Shown one piece after another: positions 22,601-35,070 of a stretch of DNA of 64,000 bases. The notes beneath the pieces were generated by a model that was given only the letters and a program-made list of their open reading frames with translations, was not told where the DNA came from and made no database searches. Position numbers and translations under genes: made by a program. Source of the stretch: Lama glama. Taxonomy: Eukaryota. The DNA is taken from NCBI GenBank assembly GCA_028534125.1, contig CM052822.1:78182001-78246000 (forward strand), read 5' to 3'. Within the stretch, counting starts at the first letter, position 1. Each line of letters starts with the position of its first letter.

Positions 22601-25600
22601 TGTTTCATTCCACCCTCTCTCCCCCTCCTCCCTGTGGGGCCTGGAGCAGAGGCCCCCACCCCGCCACTGAACCAGGCCCAAGGTGGAGCCTCTGGGTGTT
22701 TTTGAGCCAAGCTGTGCACCCCGACATCCTTCAGGCCCTGGGCCCCTATGACCAGCAGGACGGAGCCAGGTGAAGGGGGCCCAGGCCACAGCAGGGCCAC
22801 GGGCACAGCTCACCCACACCGGGGGCCAGAGGTGCCTGTGGCACGGCCTGTGGGGAGGGGACCGTCAGGCGGTGCCTCAGGGCTATCCCGGGTTTCCTGG
22901 CCCCGTCCATGGCCACACGAGCTTGCACCCCCATCTCAGAGCCCTGTCCCTCTGCCCCAGCCCCCACCTGCGGGGTCCAGGGCGGGTTCTGCAGGGGTCC
23001 TGGCCACCCTGCCCGGCTCCTCAGCTGGCCCATAGGAGCTCGGTCACCAGGGGGACAAATTACAGGCCAGCGTGGCAGCGAGCTCTCTCCTCCCAAGAAG
23101 CCCGCCGGGTCAGCCCCGGTCCCTGCAGGACCACTGCTTCCGGACGCATGAAAGCAGCGCCTCCATCTGTCTGTGAGCGAGTGGACGGAGGCGCTGACCA
23201 CAGCACTGACCCAGTGTCTTTGCCCTGTTGGGCTGGGACGTCGTTTCTTCACTGCCGACAGGAACACACAGCAGACTCGCACAAGGAGAGGTCAACCTGA
23301 CTCATTTTGTGCTTTTTATCGCGTTTTCTGCTCCAGAACAGCCCGGAGAGTCTGAAACACCCCGCCCGAGAAAGAGGGACCGGCTGTGGCTCCTGGGGTC
23401 GCCGCCTCCGCTGGCAGAACACCGGCGCGTTTCTTCCCAGCGGCTTTTCCAGCTGAAACCTCTTTGAAACAGCACAGGCAGAATTTAAATCACAAAGCCC
23501 TGAAGTTCCCTGCCTGTCATTGTCCTGCAAAAGCTCCGTGCCCACCGCCTCCCTGGAAGGGTTTCCAGCCCAGAGAAGCCAGTGTGTTCATCTGGGGTGT
23601 GCAGGACCCCAGGGCCTGGCCTCCCAGGCCAAGGGCAGGAGGGCGCGACCGCCAGGGAGGGGCAGGTTCTGTCTAAACATCCCAGGGTACTGTACCTGGA
23701 ACTGGGGCTGAGAGCCTGTCCTCCCCTCCTCCATCCCTGGGCATCGACGCTGGGGTGCTGGTTCCTCCAACTTCCCAGAACCCCAACCAGCATCACAACC
23801 CTCCCTTACAGGTACCAACTCCCACTTCTCAAAAGAAGTGTGGTGGAGATCCCTGCGGGGGCTCTTGGACTGGAGGGGGGGAGCTCACCTGGTGCACGTC
23901 TGTCCGTCTGTCCAGGGGGACAGCCCGCCCCACCCCCGGCTCCTCTGAGGAGCCCGTCCAACCTGCTGCCCCGTCTCCCGTGGCCTCTCAGGGAGAAGCC
24001 AGCACACACACACAGCCCCTCTGGGCGGTGCGTGGGCAGCGAGGCCAGCCTGCCCGACTCCCCTGGTGTCACCACCACCGCTCCAGGGACCACCCGTCCC
24101 TTAGGAGTTGGTGACCGAGGGCAGGTCGACCGGGGGCCCCAGAGCCGCCCATCCCACCTCCCGGCTGCAGACGAGGGGCCGACGCGGTGCAGGAGCAGTG
24201 AGCGCACACGCTGCGGGCTGGGAAACACGGCCTCGGCTCAATCGCCGGGAATCGCAGGCCCGGCGGCCCTCTGTCTAAGTGGCACAAGGCTCCTCCCAGG
24301 ACCGGTCAGAGCTGCAGTCACTGGGTTATCTCGTCTCTGAAGACCAGACAAAAGGGTCTTCAGCTTTTTTCTTTCCCAGCGAACTTTCCGGATGGCGATG
24401 TGTACAGAGTACATTGTTTTCCTCCGTGCTAATGGCTCGCTCACTCCACCAGGATGACAGCCTTTCTTGGGGGCGTCTCGGGGCCCCAAAGAGACTGTCA
24501 ACCAAGGCACGTTTCCACGCAGTCACAAACAAGGCTGCTGCGTCTACGAGAGACACACAGAGGATCCAGGGACCGGAGGCTCTGGGTCAGCCGGGAATTA
24601 GGTGCCAGACGCTTAGATGTGGAAGTCACGGCCCCTGTTACCAGGAGGGGCAGGGAAGGGGCAGGAGAACCTTGTTCTCAGAAAGTGACGCGGCTAGTCA
24701 GAGAGAGGAGACAACCAAACAGTGCGGGGCGGGAGGCAGTGACCGTCCCGAACCTGGTTCGGATACATGTATCCGTCAGCGTGGGGAGTGGGGCGTGAGC
24801 TGAAAAGCTTGGCTTAAACAGCACCCAAATCCCAGCAGCCCATGGTGTGTCGTTCAGGACTCCTGATGTGAACAAGCAAAACAAAGACCGTCCCATCCTT
24901 GAGTTTCCGTGCAATGTGCAGAGTCAGTGAAACCTTTGGTGGGAAGTGAAACGTGTGACCCTGACTCAGCAAATATGCAGGAACATGCACATCTCATGTT
25001 TTCATGGTATTTCAAAGAACATCTCACTGCAGGCCTGCCGGTCAGCTGTAAGGCTGCTTCTCACGAAGGCCTCAGAGTTGGGACAACGTGGTGACCGTGA
25101 GGGGAAAAGCGGGCTTCATGCCAGCGCTGTCCAGCCTGGTTAGACCCGCTGGCTGAGAGATGGTGTCCCCGGGGCTGGGGCCGTGGGATGGTCCCCGCGG
25201 ACCACGCGCAGACTGTCAGACGGAAGTTGCTCCAAGGTTGAGACAGGAGGGGATGGCAGGGACAGGGCGGAGGTGTGTGGCGGGGCGAGCCCACCCGGGC
25301 CGGGCGGACACGGCAGATGGGGCCTGGGGAGGGCCTCTGGCTGTGGGTCCTTGACTCCCGATCTTCTGAGACCCTGGGTTCACCACCCGAGGGCACATCT
25401 CTTAAGAGGACGGGCAAGGGTACCTGCATCTACGTCCCCATTAAACTGTGACAAAGTCAACGCTCAGCCCTCAGCCCACGGAAAACCCCAAGACTGGCAT
25501 CCGATCACTGGCTGGGACTCCGCAGCGACTCAGACAGCGACGCGGCCCCGGCCCCGCTCCCCGGCCTTGTTCCCCCTGGGAACGTAAGACATCTTGCGTG

Positions 25601-28019
25601 GTCTTCTGAGCATCCCTGGACCCACGAGCGTCTCTCGAACTTGACGGCTAAGGAAACGAGCCTCCTCCAAGAGCACTCGTGCCCCACACGTGGGCCCGCT
25701 CGGGGCCCTGCCCCCCGTCCCCGAGTTCACGCTCCGCTCTGAGCGCGACTGCCCTCTCCGACTCGCCTGTGTGCTCCAGGGCTGGGCTGTGGTCTCCCAG
25801 ACGGGACTTCTCTTTGAAAGGGGAACCTGACACTGAGCACCGTCCCCAGGCTCTGCGGTCTCTGAACCATCGCCAGGGGCTGCTCCAGAGCTCCTCCATA
25901 GGCACCTCACTTCCCGTGGGACCAGCGGCCAGGCGTCTCCGGAAGACGCAGGTGTGCACACCTGTGATGAGCCCCCGGGACCTCGGCCGTGTCTGCCGTC
26001 TCTGACCCTCCTTCTTCCTGACAGAGAAGGAAACTTGACTCGCGCCCCTTCTCCGGGCGCGACGCCCACGGCCTCAGGCGGTGGCCTCTGCTCACCTCTT
26101 TCCTGCTCCAATCGCAACTTTAAAAGCTTCTGGGCTCTTTTCACAAGTCTCACGTCAACCTGGGCTTCAGCTTGTGCGGGTGCGGTGGGGGGGGCTCCCG
26201 CTGCCCTGCTCACACCGCCCCGCCCCCTCCGAGGGCCCTGGGCCGGGCTCCGGCGCGTCTCTGTGTCTTTGTAAGGTGCAGAAAGAGAAGTAGAGCCTGG
26301 GCTTTTTCATGAGAGGCCGCCAGGGGCTGTCTCCCCCTTCCTGCAGCACAGGGCGCCTGCCCGTCCCCCACCCCTCCCCTGAGGGGTCCATCCGACGGCC
26401 CCGCTTAAGGCCACAGAGCAGGAGGCGGCAGGACCCAGGAGGTGCGGCGCAGAGGCTGGTGCTGCCCTCGGGGCGGGCTGCCGGGTGACAGGCCGGGACG
26501 GAGGCGCTGCCGCATGGCCTGCGGGGCACTCGGGGCCACTGGACTGTGTGACAGGAAGGTTCTGTTCCAGCAGCTGCCCTGGCCTGACCTCTGGCCCCTC
26601 AGAGCACGGCCACGGGGCTGCACGGACCAGGCTGTCCGGCTTGTCCTCATGTACGTTTTCTACTCGCCCATGTCTGTCTCTGGGTCCCCCCTTCCTCATC
26701 CGCACCGGGCCCGCCGTAGTCTCACCCGAGGAGGGTACCCTACGGCTTCAGGGCTGCCTCGACCCCCAGACCCGAGCGCTGGGCTGTGCCCCTGTCTTCC
26801 GGGACCCCAGGTCTGGCCTCCTACCTCGGAAACAAGAATTACCTCGTTTCCTGGAATGGGAACTGCTTCCGAGACAAGCCTGTGATCTGTCACCTCTAGG
26901 AGATGCCAAAGTGCCTTCTCCACTTGTCTTCGGGCCTAAGTGTCCTGTCACCAGGCTGGCCTTCCTGTCCACACCACGGACAGAGCTGCTGCTGCTCCTG
27001 ACCGCGTAGTCCTGGCCGTGTCTCACGCACATGCACATGACACGTGTGCACACGCAGACGCAGGCACACGCGCTCAGCGCGTCCTGTTCGAGGCCCTTGC
27101 CCGCTCCCCTCTCCCTGCCGAGGTTATTCCCTCCTCCCCCTAATCACAAGCACATCTCTCATCTTAGTGATGCTGATGAGGGAGAGACTCACACGCTGTA
27201 ATTAGAACTTCGTGTTCATCTTACTCATCACCTCTTTTCTGCCCGTTGATACGAGGCAACCGGAGGCTGCAGTGTGGCAGGCCCTCTCTGCTTGGTGCTC
27301 TGGAGGCCGCTCCGTCCAGGCAGCCGACAGCGGGGCTGTGGGTGCTCGGGCTCCACACCCGACACGTGCCAACACCTTCACATCTTGCTCCCGGCCTGTG
27401 AGCTGAGCACCGCCGTCCCTGCTCACTGAGCGGGGCGGCCGAGGCCACAGGAGGAGGAGGTGGCCGAAGGGCTGGCGGCCACCACACAAAAGCCAGGACA
27501 GGGCTGGGAGCAGCCTCTGACCTGCGCTGTCACCACGCAGGGGTGCCCTCCCTCCACAGGCTGCGAGGCTGGCAGTGTCCACACACCCGCTGACCACCCC
27601 TGCCTGGCAGCATTCCGGCCCACCCAACGAAGAGGGAGGGTGCGGCCCTGCCTCCAGGGGTCAGATCTGACCTCGCCCGAGCTCAGACTCACATTGGCGA
27701 CCCGTGTGTGAGCCCCGCCTGAGGTCCAGCCCGGTTTGGAACCGTGTGGAGGAAGGACACGGCATTGGGTCTCGGCCTGAGACTTAACTCGGATGGGTTG
27801 CACTCAGGGGCACTTGCGTCCGCTCCCCCTGGTCGGGGGGGCGGGGCCCGAGGCCGGACGGGGGACCGCTGGGCACAGGCTCGTCAGAGCAGAGGGAGAG
27901 GCCGGCCTTGCGAGGGCGCTGGAGCCTGGGCGGCGTCCGCTGGCCTCAGGGTCTTCCTCCTCTGACTTGCGGGTCCCTTGGCCGACTGTCCCGCACCTGC
28001 CCACTCCCTCCCAGCCCCC

Positions 28020-28240
28020 GGCCAGGCTGGTAAACGGCGTCCCAGCCCCACGGCTCCTGCCGCCACCTCCTGTTTCCCACGCTCCGTCCCTGTGGCTGAA
28101 CCGCAGTCCTCTTTCGACATCGTAATGTGAACCACGTCCCGCTCCGGGCTGACCACCTCGCTGGCTCTCGTCCAGCTGGGGCAGAGCCCACAGTCCTTCA
28201 GCACGTGGCAGGCCTCCTGGTCCTCGGCTGCGCCTGATAG
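28020..28240 (+). mobile_element. L2 fragment
   Basis: aatgtgaaccacgtcccgctccgggctgaccacctcgctggctc..gcagagcccacagtccttcagcacgtggcaggcc resembles L2 aatctgatcatgtcactcccctgcttaaaacccttcaatggctc..ataaagtccaaactccttagcatggcattcaaggcc. Confidence 0.55.
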
Positions 28241-29149
28241 GACGCGACGGGGTCTCGGCACTTCCCGTCCCGGCTCTGGTCCGGGCTTCTCACCGCCCTG
28301 GTCCGCACGGGCCTCCCGCTGCAGGTGGCCAACGTCGAGTCACTGCGGTGTTTTCTTCCCACTGCTTGTTTTCTGAATAATGAGCGTCTTCTTGTTTACA
28401 AAGGACGCTCCGCAGCCAGCGTGCTCTCCCAGGCGTGGTTCCCATCCCCGGGCCCTTCGACGGTGTCGGGGTCCTTCCGGGGGTGCCCAGTGCAGACGCT
28501 CGGGGAAGCAGGCTGGTCTTCCCCACCTCACCTTGTGCATTTAAAACTTAGCCGATACCTCGTTAAAGAGAGGAGTTAAAAAAACTTTAAAATCTGAGTA
28601 ACCCCTTCACAGCTTGCCCTCAGGGCGGTGACACCAGGCGTTCTGCACGCCGGATCTGACCCCGTGAGGGGCAGGCGCCACTCCAGACCGGAAGCTGACC
28701 TCTAGCCGGGGCATAACCGCTCACGCCCGGGGCCCCGGACGACAGACTACAGCTTCTCCCGTCCGGAGCGACGGCAGCAAAGCAGGACAAATGCCACACT
28801 TACTGAGACTGTCTCCTCGTTTCCAGAAGGTTCTGTGGCGATTCACTCGCCCGGCCCTCGATGACACGAGGGGACGTCACGTGGGTCACTCCTGAATCCA
28901 TCCCCGGGGTGAGCGGAGACACGGAGCTTCAAATGCCAGGCTCCACGTGGAAACAGCACAGACCCCCGTTTCTGCCCCACTGGGCGGAGAAACCCGGGGG
29001 TGACAGGGTGCAGTGGAAACACATACTTCCAGCCTGCTTGAAAGCACACGTTATCGTGGAAGCAGACGGGCCCACACATGATCGAGAGGTGCACAGACCC
29101 TTCCTCACTCTGGGGCAGAGCTGGGGGGCCTGGTGTCATCCAGAGGAGA

Positions 29150-29770
29150 AGCCGCCGGAGGACATCCCTGTTTCCGCTGGAGGAGAACCTGCTCCAGTCC
29201 TTCACCCGTTTTAAAGTCAGACCACACGTTCGCTGCTGTCGTCACTGAGCTGCGGGAGCTCCTCACACACGTGGGCCGCATGTCCCCCGCGCGGCGGCTG
29301 CCCTCTCGCTCCGGCGCCCGTTCCCCTCGCGGGCGGGCGGCTCCGCAGCGCGACGTGGCCCCACTTGCCTGCTGTTGCTCCTGTTACCTGAGCTTCTGGT
29401 GTCACGTCCAGGGACGCTGTCAAACCAGGTGTCACGGAGCTCTTGTCTGCTCTCTCCCGGGAGGTTCACCGTCTGAGGTCTGATGTTTGATCCTCCACCC
29501 GCCGTGAGCTGACTTCTGCGCATGGCGCAAGACGAGGCGCACGTGGACGCCCAGCCCCCCAGCACCCAGCGAAGGCCCTGTCCTTCCCCCCGGGGTTCTT
29601 GGTGCCCTTGTCGCAGGGCCCAGTTGACCACACACTCGCGGGCTTATTCCTGGGCTGTCCATTCTGTTCCACTGACCTCCGAGCATGCCCTCACGCCAGT
29701 GCCGCGCCACTTCCACCCCTGGAGCTCGTCGCGTAGCCTGAGGTCAGGAGCGGTGTGTGACCTCTAAGTG
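29150..29770 (-). mobile_element. L1 ORF2 fragment, strongly GC-shifted
   Basis: Minus-strand translations GQWNRMDSPGISPRVCGQL and, after a frameshift, DKGTKN match L1 ORF2 [26 protein letters not shown]. Nucleotide motifs ccattctgttccactga and gcttctggtgtcacgtcc also match. Confidence 0.85.
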
Positions 29771-31655
29771 GCGTTCTGGGACATGCCACCAGCCCCTTCT
29801 GGTGTAACTTCTTCATTGCCAGCGCACACTTTCCTTCCACAGTGAAATAATAAATGGTTTCTAAAAGCCCCTTGAGAGGAGCAATTGAAATCATTCGATA
29901 TAAACGTGCAGTGAGGTTAATCCTGACGTAGCCATCAGCTACCTGGAGTTGAAATAAGAGACCTCGTTGTGGGAAACATAGAAATCGCACAGTCCTAGGT
30001 TCCCTAGGAAGCAGGCTCCAGCCTTGGTCTCCAAATAGTATATAAACCGTTGTCACGTACAGACTGGCCCGGCAGGGGACGCTGCCACGATGTCACAGTC
30101 TGGTCACGTCCAACCACAATGGTCAGAAAAGACCAAAAGGTTCACAAGACAAGTTGACGAGGCTGGGAATTGCTCCCAGAGACAGCTGTAAGTCGCCGGC
30201 TAAGCAGTTCTGGACGAGACCATGACACGTGTGCGTGGACACACACACGTGTGCACACACCTCCCTCTGCCTCCCCTCTGGCCCTCTCGCCCTGCTGGGA
30301 GGCCAGCAGGTGACAGAAGAGACCAACAGCCCATCACCCAGCCCGAGCCTGGAGCCCTGACTCCCCGTGGTGGCGATTTTTGCAGAGAGCTCTGCCATCA
30401 TCTCCTGCCCCGCACCCCGACCCGCCTGTGCCACGGGCAGCTCCAGGCCGGGCCTCGTCCAGGGCGGACTAGCTCCCTCCCTGCTCTTGCTGCTGTGACT
30501 CACGCTCTCTGCCCCCACATTGGCTCCCACTGTCCTGGGCTGTCAGAGTGACCGGGGGTCCCGTTGGCCGAATAATCCCAGCACGGGGGGTGGGGGCACA
30601 TGGGGCGCTGAACTCCCAAGAGCAAGGCGTTCCCTTCCAGCTCCTGGAAACAACCGCAAACCCACAGGACACAGCCAGGGGCCTCGCCAACACCCTCACG
30701 TATGTCTTCCACTAAAACTGAAAATCGCAAAATTCCTGTGAGAATGAAGGACCCTCTCCCGCTCTAACAGTGACGACTAATTTCCCTCCCACGGTGCCTT
30801 CTATGCTCTGCGGGTGGAAGGTCCCTTTCAGGCCTCGTCGTTTTCTTAAGAAGATAAGAAAGAAAAAATACACGTAACATCGACAATGCAAGGTTCGAGG
30901 AGGAGGAGGAGGCTGCCGGCTCCTCAGGAGCGGAAGGTGGCTTATTCTCCACATCCTAGTTAAAAGTTCAAAGCACATTTTTCTTACAAATTAGGCGAGG
31001 GTAAAATTCAGGGAGATGGGAAGAGAAGAAATAAGACATTAAAACACGCAAAGAATTTCAACGGGCAGCAGGGAGGAAAACTAGACGCGTGGAGCACACA
31101 ACAGACACACCGTGCTTGGCGTTTAAGGGGCACTGAAACCGCCGCTGGTGTTGGGGACGGTCCCCTGGCCTCGTCCGTCCACCAGTGGGAGGGGCAGGGC
31201 AGGACTGGGCTAACACTGAAGGGAGAGGAAGATCTTAATAGCTCAGCAACGTAACTGCAGGACAAGGACCGTATTTCGCAGAGCGGGACAGAAGTGACTC
31301 AGCAGGGAAGGAAGCAGCAGCAGTGAGAGGCCCTGGGTGGGCCCCCCGCAGGCGCCACACACCCAGGCCGGGGGCCGCGCTCTGGTCCAGAGGGCAGGCA
31401 CCCAGGGGCGCCCGGCAGTTCTGTCCTGGTCTGCCGTCCAGGAGGACATGGTGGGCGCCAGAGCCCCAGGGACCCCAAGGCTCCCAGACAGTGAGCTCGC
31501 CGGCCTGGTGGGAGCGGAGGTCCCAGCACACAATCCAGGTGATGGCAGGGCCCACGTGGTCTAGAGCAGGTCTTTGCTGCTGTCCTGGTGCACATGGACG
31601 ACCCCCGGGACCCTGCGTGTGGAGGAGCCCACACTGGAGCACAGAAGCATACAGG

Positions 31656-31910
31656 ATGTGTGCGTGTACATGCGTGCTGTGTGTGCACATGTGCGCACAC
31701 ATGCGTGTATATGCATACGTGTACAAATGTGTATATGTACGTAGTGTATATGCACACACGTGCATGTGTGTGCACGTGTATCTGCACACGCGTGTATGTA
31801 TATATATGCACGTGGGTCCACACGTATCTGTATGTGTGTATGTCTGTGTACTTGCATATACTTGCATGTGTGTACAAATGCACATGTGTGTATATATGCA
31901 CACGTGTGCG
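31656..31910. repeat. Degenerate alternating purine/pyrimidine (TG/CA/TA/CG) tract
   Basis: About 250 bp of tgtgtgcgtgtacatgcgtg..tatatatgcacacgtgtgcg; it produces the long C/V/H/T/Y-rich ORFs on both strands. Confidence 0.95.
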
Positions 31911-31924
31911 CTCCCCTCTCTTTC

Positions 31925-32315
31925 CTGGAACCCCTGGTCTTTAGCTGGACACACAGCGACCCCCACGGCAAGCTCAGTGACTCCCGTGACGGGGAATGTC
32001 ACAGGTTGCCTCCAGGCAATGTCTCGTGGTGTGTGCTTCTTCCCCTCTCCACCCTCACTGCTGCTGGAATGTGAGTTGACGGTGGGAGCTCTGGCAGCCA
32101 CCTTGGACCACGAAGAGGAAGTCCCGTAAGGCGGGTGTGACAGCAACAGGAGGGAAGGTGCTCGGTGACCTCAGAAGGCTGCCCGGTTCTTGTTCTTGGA
32201 TCATCTGCCTCTGGACTTTTTCTTCTTCAAGAAATGAAAATAAATTTCCAGTTGTTCAAGCCGCTACTATTTTGGATTTCTGTCACAGACAGTCACACTA
32301 ATCCTGACTAATACA
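31925..32315 (+). mobile_element. Old MaLR LTR (MLT1J-like)
   Basis: ctgctggaatgtgagttgacggtgggagctctggcagccaccttggaccacga and the 3' end aaataaatttccagttgttcaagccgctactattttggatttctgtcac..ctaatcctgactaataca. Confidence 0.75.
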
Positions 32316-34890
32316 CACGTGTTTGCCAGTAAATGGATTATCCTCTCAAATATGTCAGGACGCCAAGTCGATCTCCGAGTCGCACCTCTGAGCCGGGAAG
32401 GCTGGCACATCAGGACTGTGACTGTGAGGCAAGCGCGCCACCGGGAAGGGGGGGTCCCCACATGCACCGCGTCTTCACGAGGCAGGCAGCGGCCAGCCGG
32501 CCCCTCTGGGAGCCTGAGCCCCCGCCGCAGCCCTCCCGCCTCTCCTGCCCCCGGTGGCATTTCAGGGGCCTGCGGGCTCTGAGCACAGAAAGCAGCTTCC
32601 GGGAAAAGCTCGCGGACGCCCCCACCAGGCGCGACACCAGGCACATGGCGGCCCTCTGTGAACTCGGCCAGTTTCTCCAGAGGGTCTCAGCGTCCCTTGT
32701 TTTCCATTCTGTGCCTGCCCTCCTCCGCGTCAGCGGGTGGGCATGGTTCGCCCTTCGGGGACAAGGACACCCAGGCGGTGATGAAACCACCACAGCATGT
32801 ACGTGCACACGTGTCCCACACCAGGCTCCCCAGTTTTCCGATGGGCCCCTGAAGGGAGGGGGCCGGCGGAGGTGGGGAGGGGCATCCTGACAGCGGCCGG
32901 GCAGGGACCCAGTGTCCCGGGGAGGGCAGGGCAGCCGCCGGAGACGATGGGGCCATGGAGTCAGCCGAAGCCGGTTTGCAGGGAGCCAGGCAGCCCGACG
33001 CCCTGCAGAGGGGCACTGCCTCTGCTCAAGCACACGTGCTACCCCCAGGGGCTCTGCGCACGGGACCACATGGCGTGTTTTAAGACGTGACGTGTCTCCA
33101 GCGATGCCACCAACAGGGGCCTCCCACCAGGGAGGGCCTGCTCTTTGGTTCAGTCTTTGGGCTTCAGGGGGGCCTGTCCGAGCACCAGGCAGGCTGGGAG
33201 TCTGTGCACGTAAATACCCTCCAGACCCAACCCGATACCTGTGCAAACGTCTCTAAAACACCCCTGCCGCAGCAGCATTCGAGGATTCTGTGGTCGTCTG
33301 GAGAGACGGGCGCCCTTCGTGGAGGAAGGCGGGAGCCTGGGCTCCTGGCCATCTGGGGGCAGCTCCCCAGGAGCGAGCCAAGGCTGTGATGAGGCATCGG
33401 GCCACGTGCTCACCTAGAGGTCCGGCTGTCCAGGGAGCACCACTGTGTCGGCATCTTCAGGAACGGGCTGTGCTCCCCGAGCCGGGCACTGGGCATCAGA
33501 CGCCGGAGGGACGAGGGTGATCGGGAACAGCTTTCCCAAGAACCCCACCCCGACGCGCTGGATCCGGGCCCTGGGGTCTGGGCCCCCGGCTTGCTCGCTC
33601 TGACACTGCTGTTTGGGATCGCCGTGCTCTCAGGATCACTTCAGAGGATCAGTGACTTCTGTGAACTGCCCTTTTTGATTTTGTTTTTCCCAAAAAAGTT
33701 AAACTAAAGAAAACGCCCCTTGTGTTTTGAGCCAGGGGTACAGGCAGTGGCCCCATGGGTGGGCGCGCAGACCCCACCCCACAGCAGCTCTGGGTGGTTC
33801 CGGGGGGGGAGCGTTGCCAGCGTGAGGCCCGCCCACGGGGCGATCCAGGAGCGGCAGCTCTGGGCCCGGGACCAGAGGCGGTCGGCACAGGCCTCAGCTG
33901 ACCCGGGGCGTGGGGGCCCCGCACTTGCGACCTGGCCCGACTGCCAGGCTCTGTGATCTACGACCCTCCCAGGCTGTCCGGGTCCCCAGCTGAGAGCACC
34001 TGGTCTGGGGGTCAGCGTCCTCAGAACCAAGCCCCAGCTGCTCATGGTTTTCCAGAGACCCGACTGCTTCCCTCATCGCAGGGGTCCGTGCTACCCCCTG
34101 CCCTCCGTCGGGACGCAGCGGGGCCTGGGTGGCACTGAGTGGGGCAGGAAGCCGCTGCTGCCCCACTGCCCATGAGAGCCCCCTGTCCCGCACAGCGGAG
34201 CGATCTGCCCATCTGCACACGGAGTCCAGGTACAGCCCGCGATGCTGACCTTACACAGAGCAACACGTCTGCAAAACTAACTTGCGAAGCGCATGCCTTT
34301 CATTTCCCTCGAACAAAACGTACAACACGTTAAAGCCTGGTCACTCCCCGTGGCCTTTTCTGGAGGAGTGGACACAGGGCTGCAAGGAAAGGGGTGCAGG
34401 GCTCGGGGGGACACCCCACTCAGAGGGCCCAGGAACCCACTTGGCGTGACGTGAGCAACCCCAGGGGCAGGACGTGCTGGGAAGAAAGTCTGGGAGAGCC
34501 TCACAGAGACCACCTGGGCTGGCGACCAGGTCACCCTGACGGCCACTCTGTGGTGAGGAAGAGTCTAGGAGCTGGTTCGTGCCCCTGGGCCATTTCCCGC
34601 CCCCCTCATTTCTTCTCCTTTCTGCTCCCGTTTCAGGGTAAGATGTGTGACCATATGAGGCCCTTTCTCGTGCATTATTCAAAGAGGAAAAGTGGAAGGC
34701 CGCCACCAGGAAGGTAGAGCCAGACCAGCTGACGCTCCCAGCCGGGTGCCCGGCACAAAGCTCGCTGAGGAAGGCCGGACGCCCTCCCTCCTTGGATGAG
34801 TTTTCCTCAGTTCAGGTGAGGGCGGGACCCAGCCTGACCGTCGGGGGTTACAAGAAAACAGGACGTCACCATCACGTCTCACAGCCAGAG

Positions 34891-35070
34891 ACGCCGGACG
34901 CCCCCCCACGTCCGGCCCCAGCTCACGCCGGACGCCACCCCCCCCTACGTCCGGCCCCAGCTCACGGGCGCCGCCCCACGTCCGGCCCCAGCTCACGCCG
35001 GACGCCCCCCCACGCCCGGCCCCAGCTCACGCCGGACGCCCCCCCCACGTCCGGCCCCAGCTCCGGCCCC
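34891..35070. repeat. CpG-rich minisatellite, 5 copies of a 31-39 bp unit (ACGCCGGACGCCCCCCCACGTCCGGCCCCAGCTC)
   Basis: Units at 34891, 34925, 34964, 34995 and 35029, differing mainly in C-run length. Confidence 0.95.

Noticed and set aside
27020-27400. Possible minus-strand L1ME remnant
   Set aside because: Similarity is too weak to call by eye.
31235-32146. Long ORFs (303, 268, 200 aa) rich in C/H/T/Y/V
   Set aside because: They are translations of the RY simple repeat plus an MLT1 LTR.
34891-35070. CRISPR-like look of the ~34-bp repeats
   Set aside because: The units are head-to-tail with no unique spacers, there are no cas genes, and the context is mammalian; this is a minisatellite.
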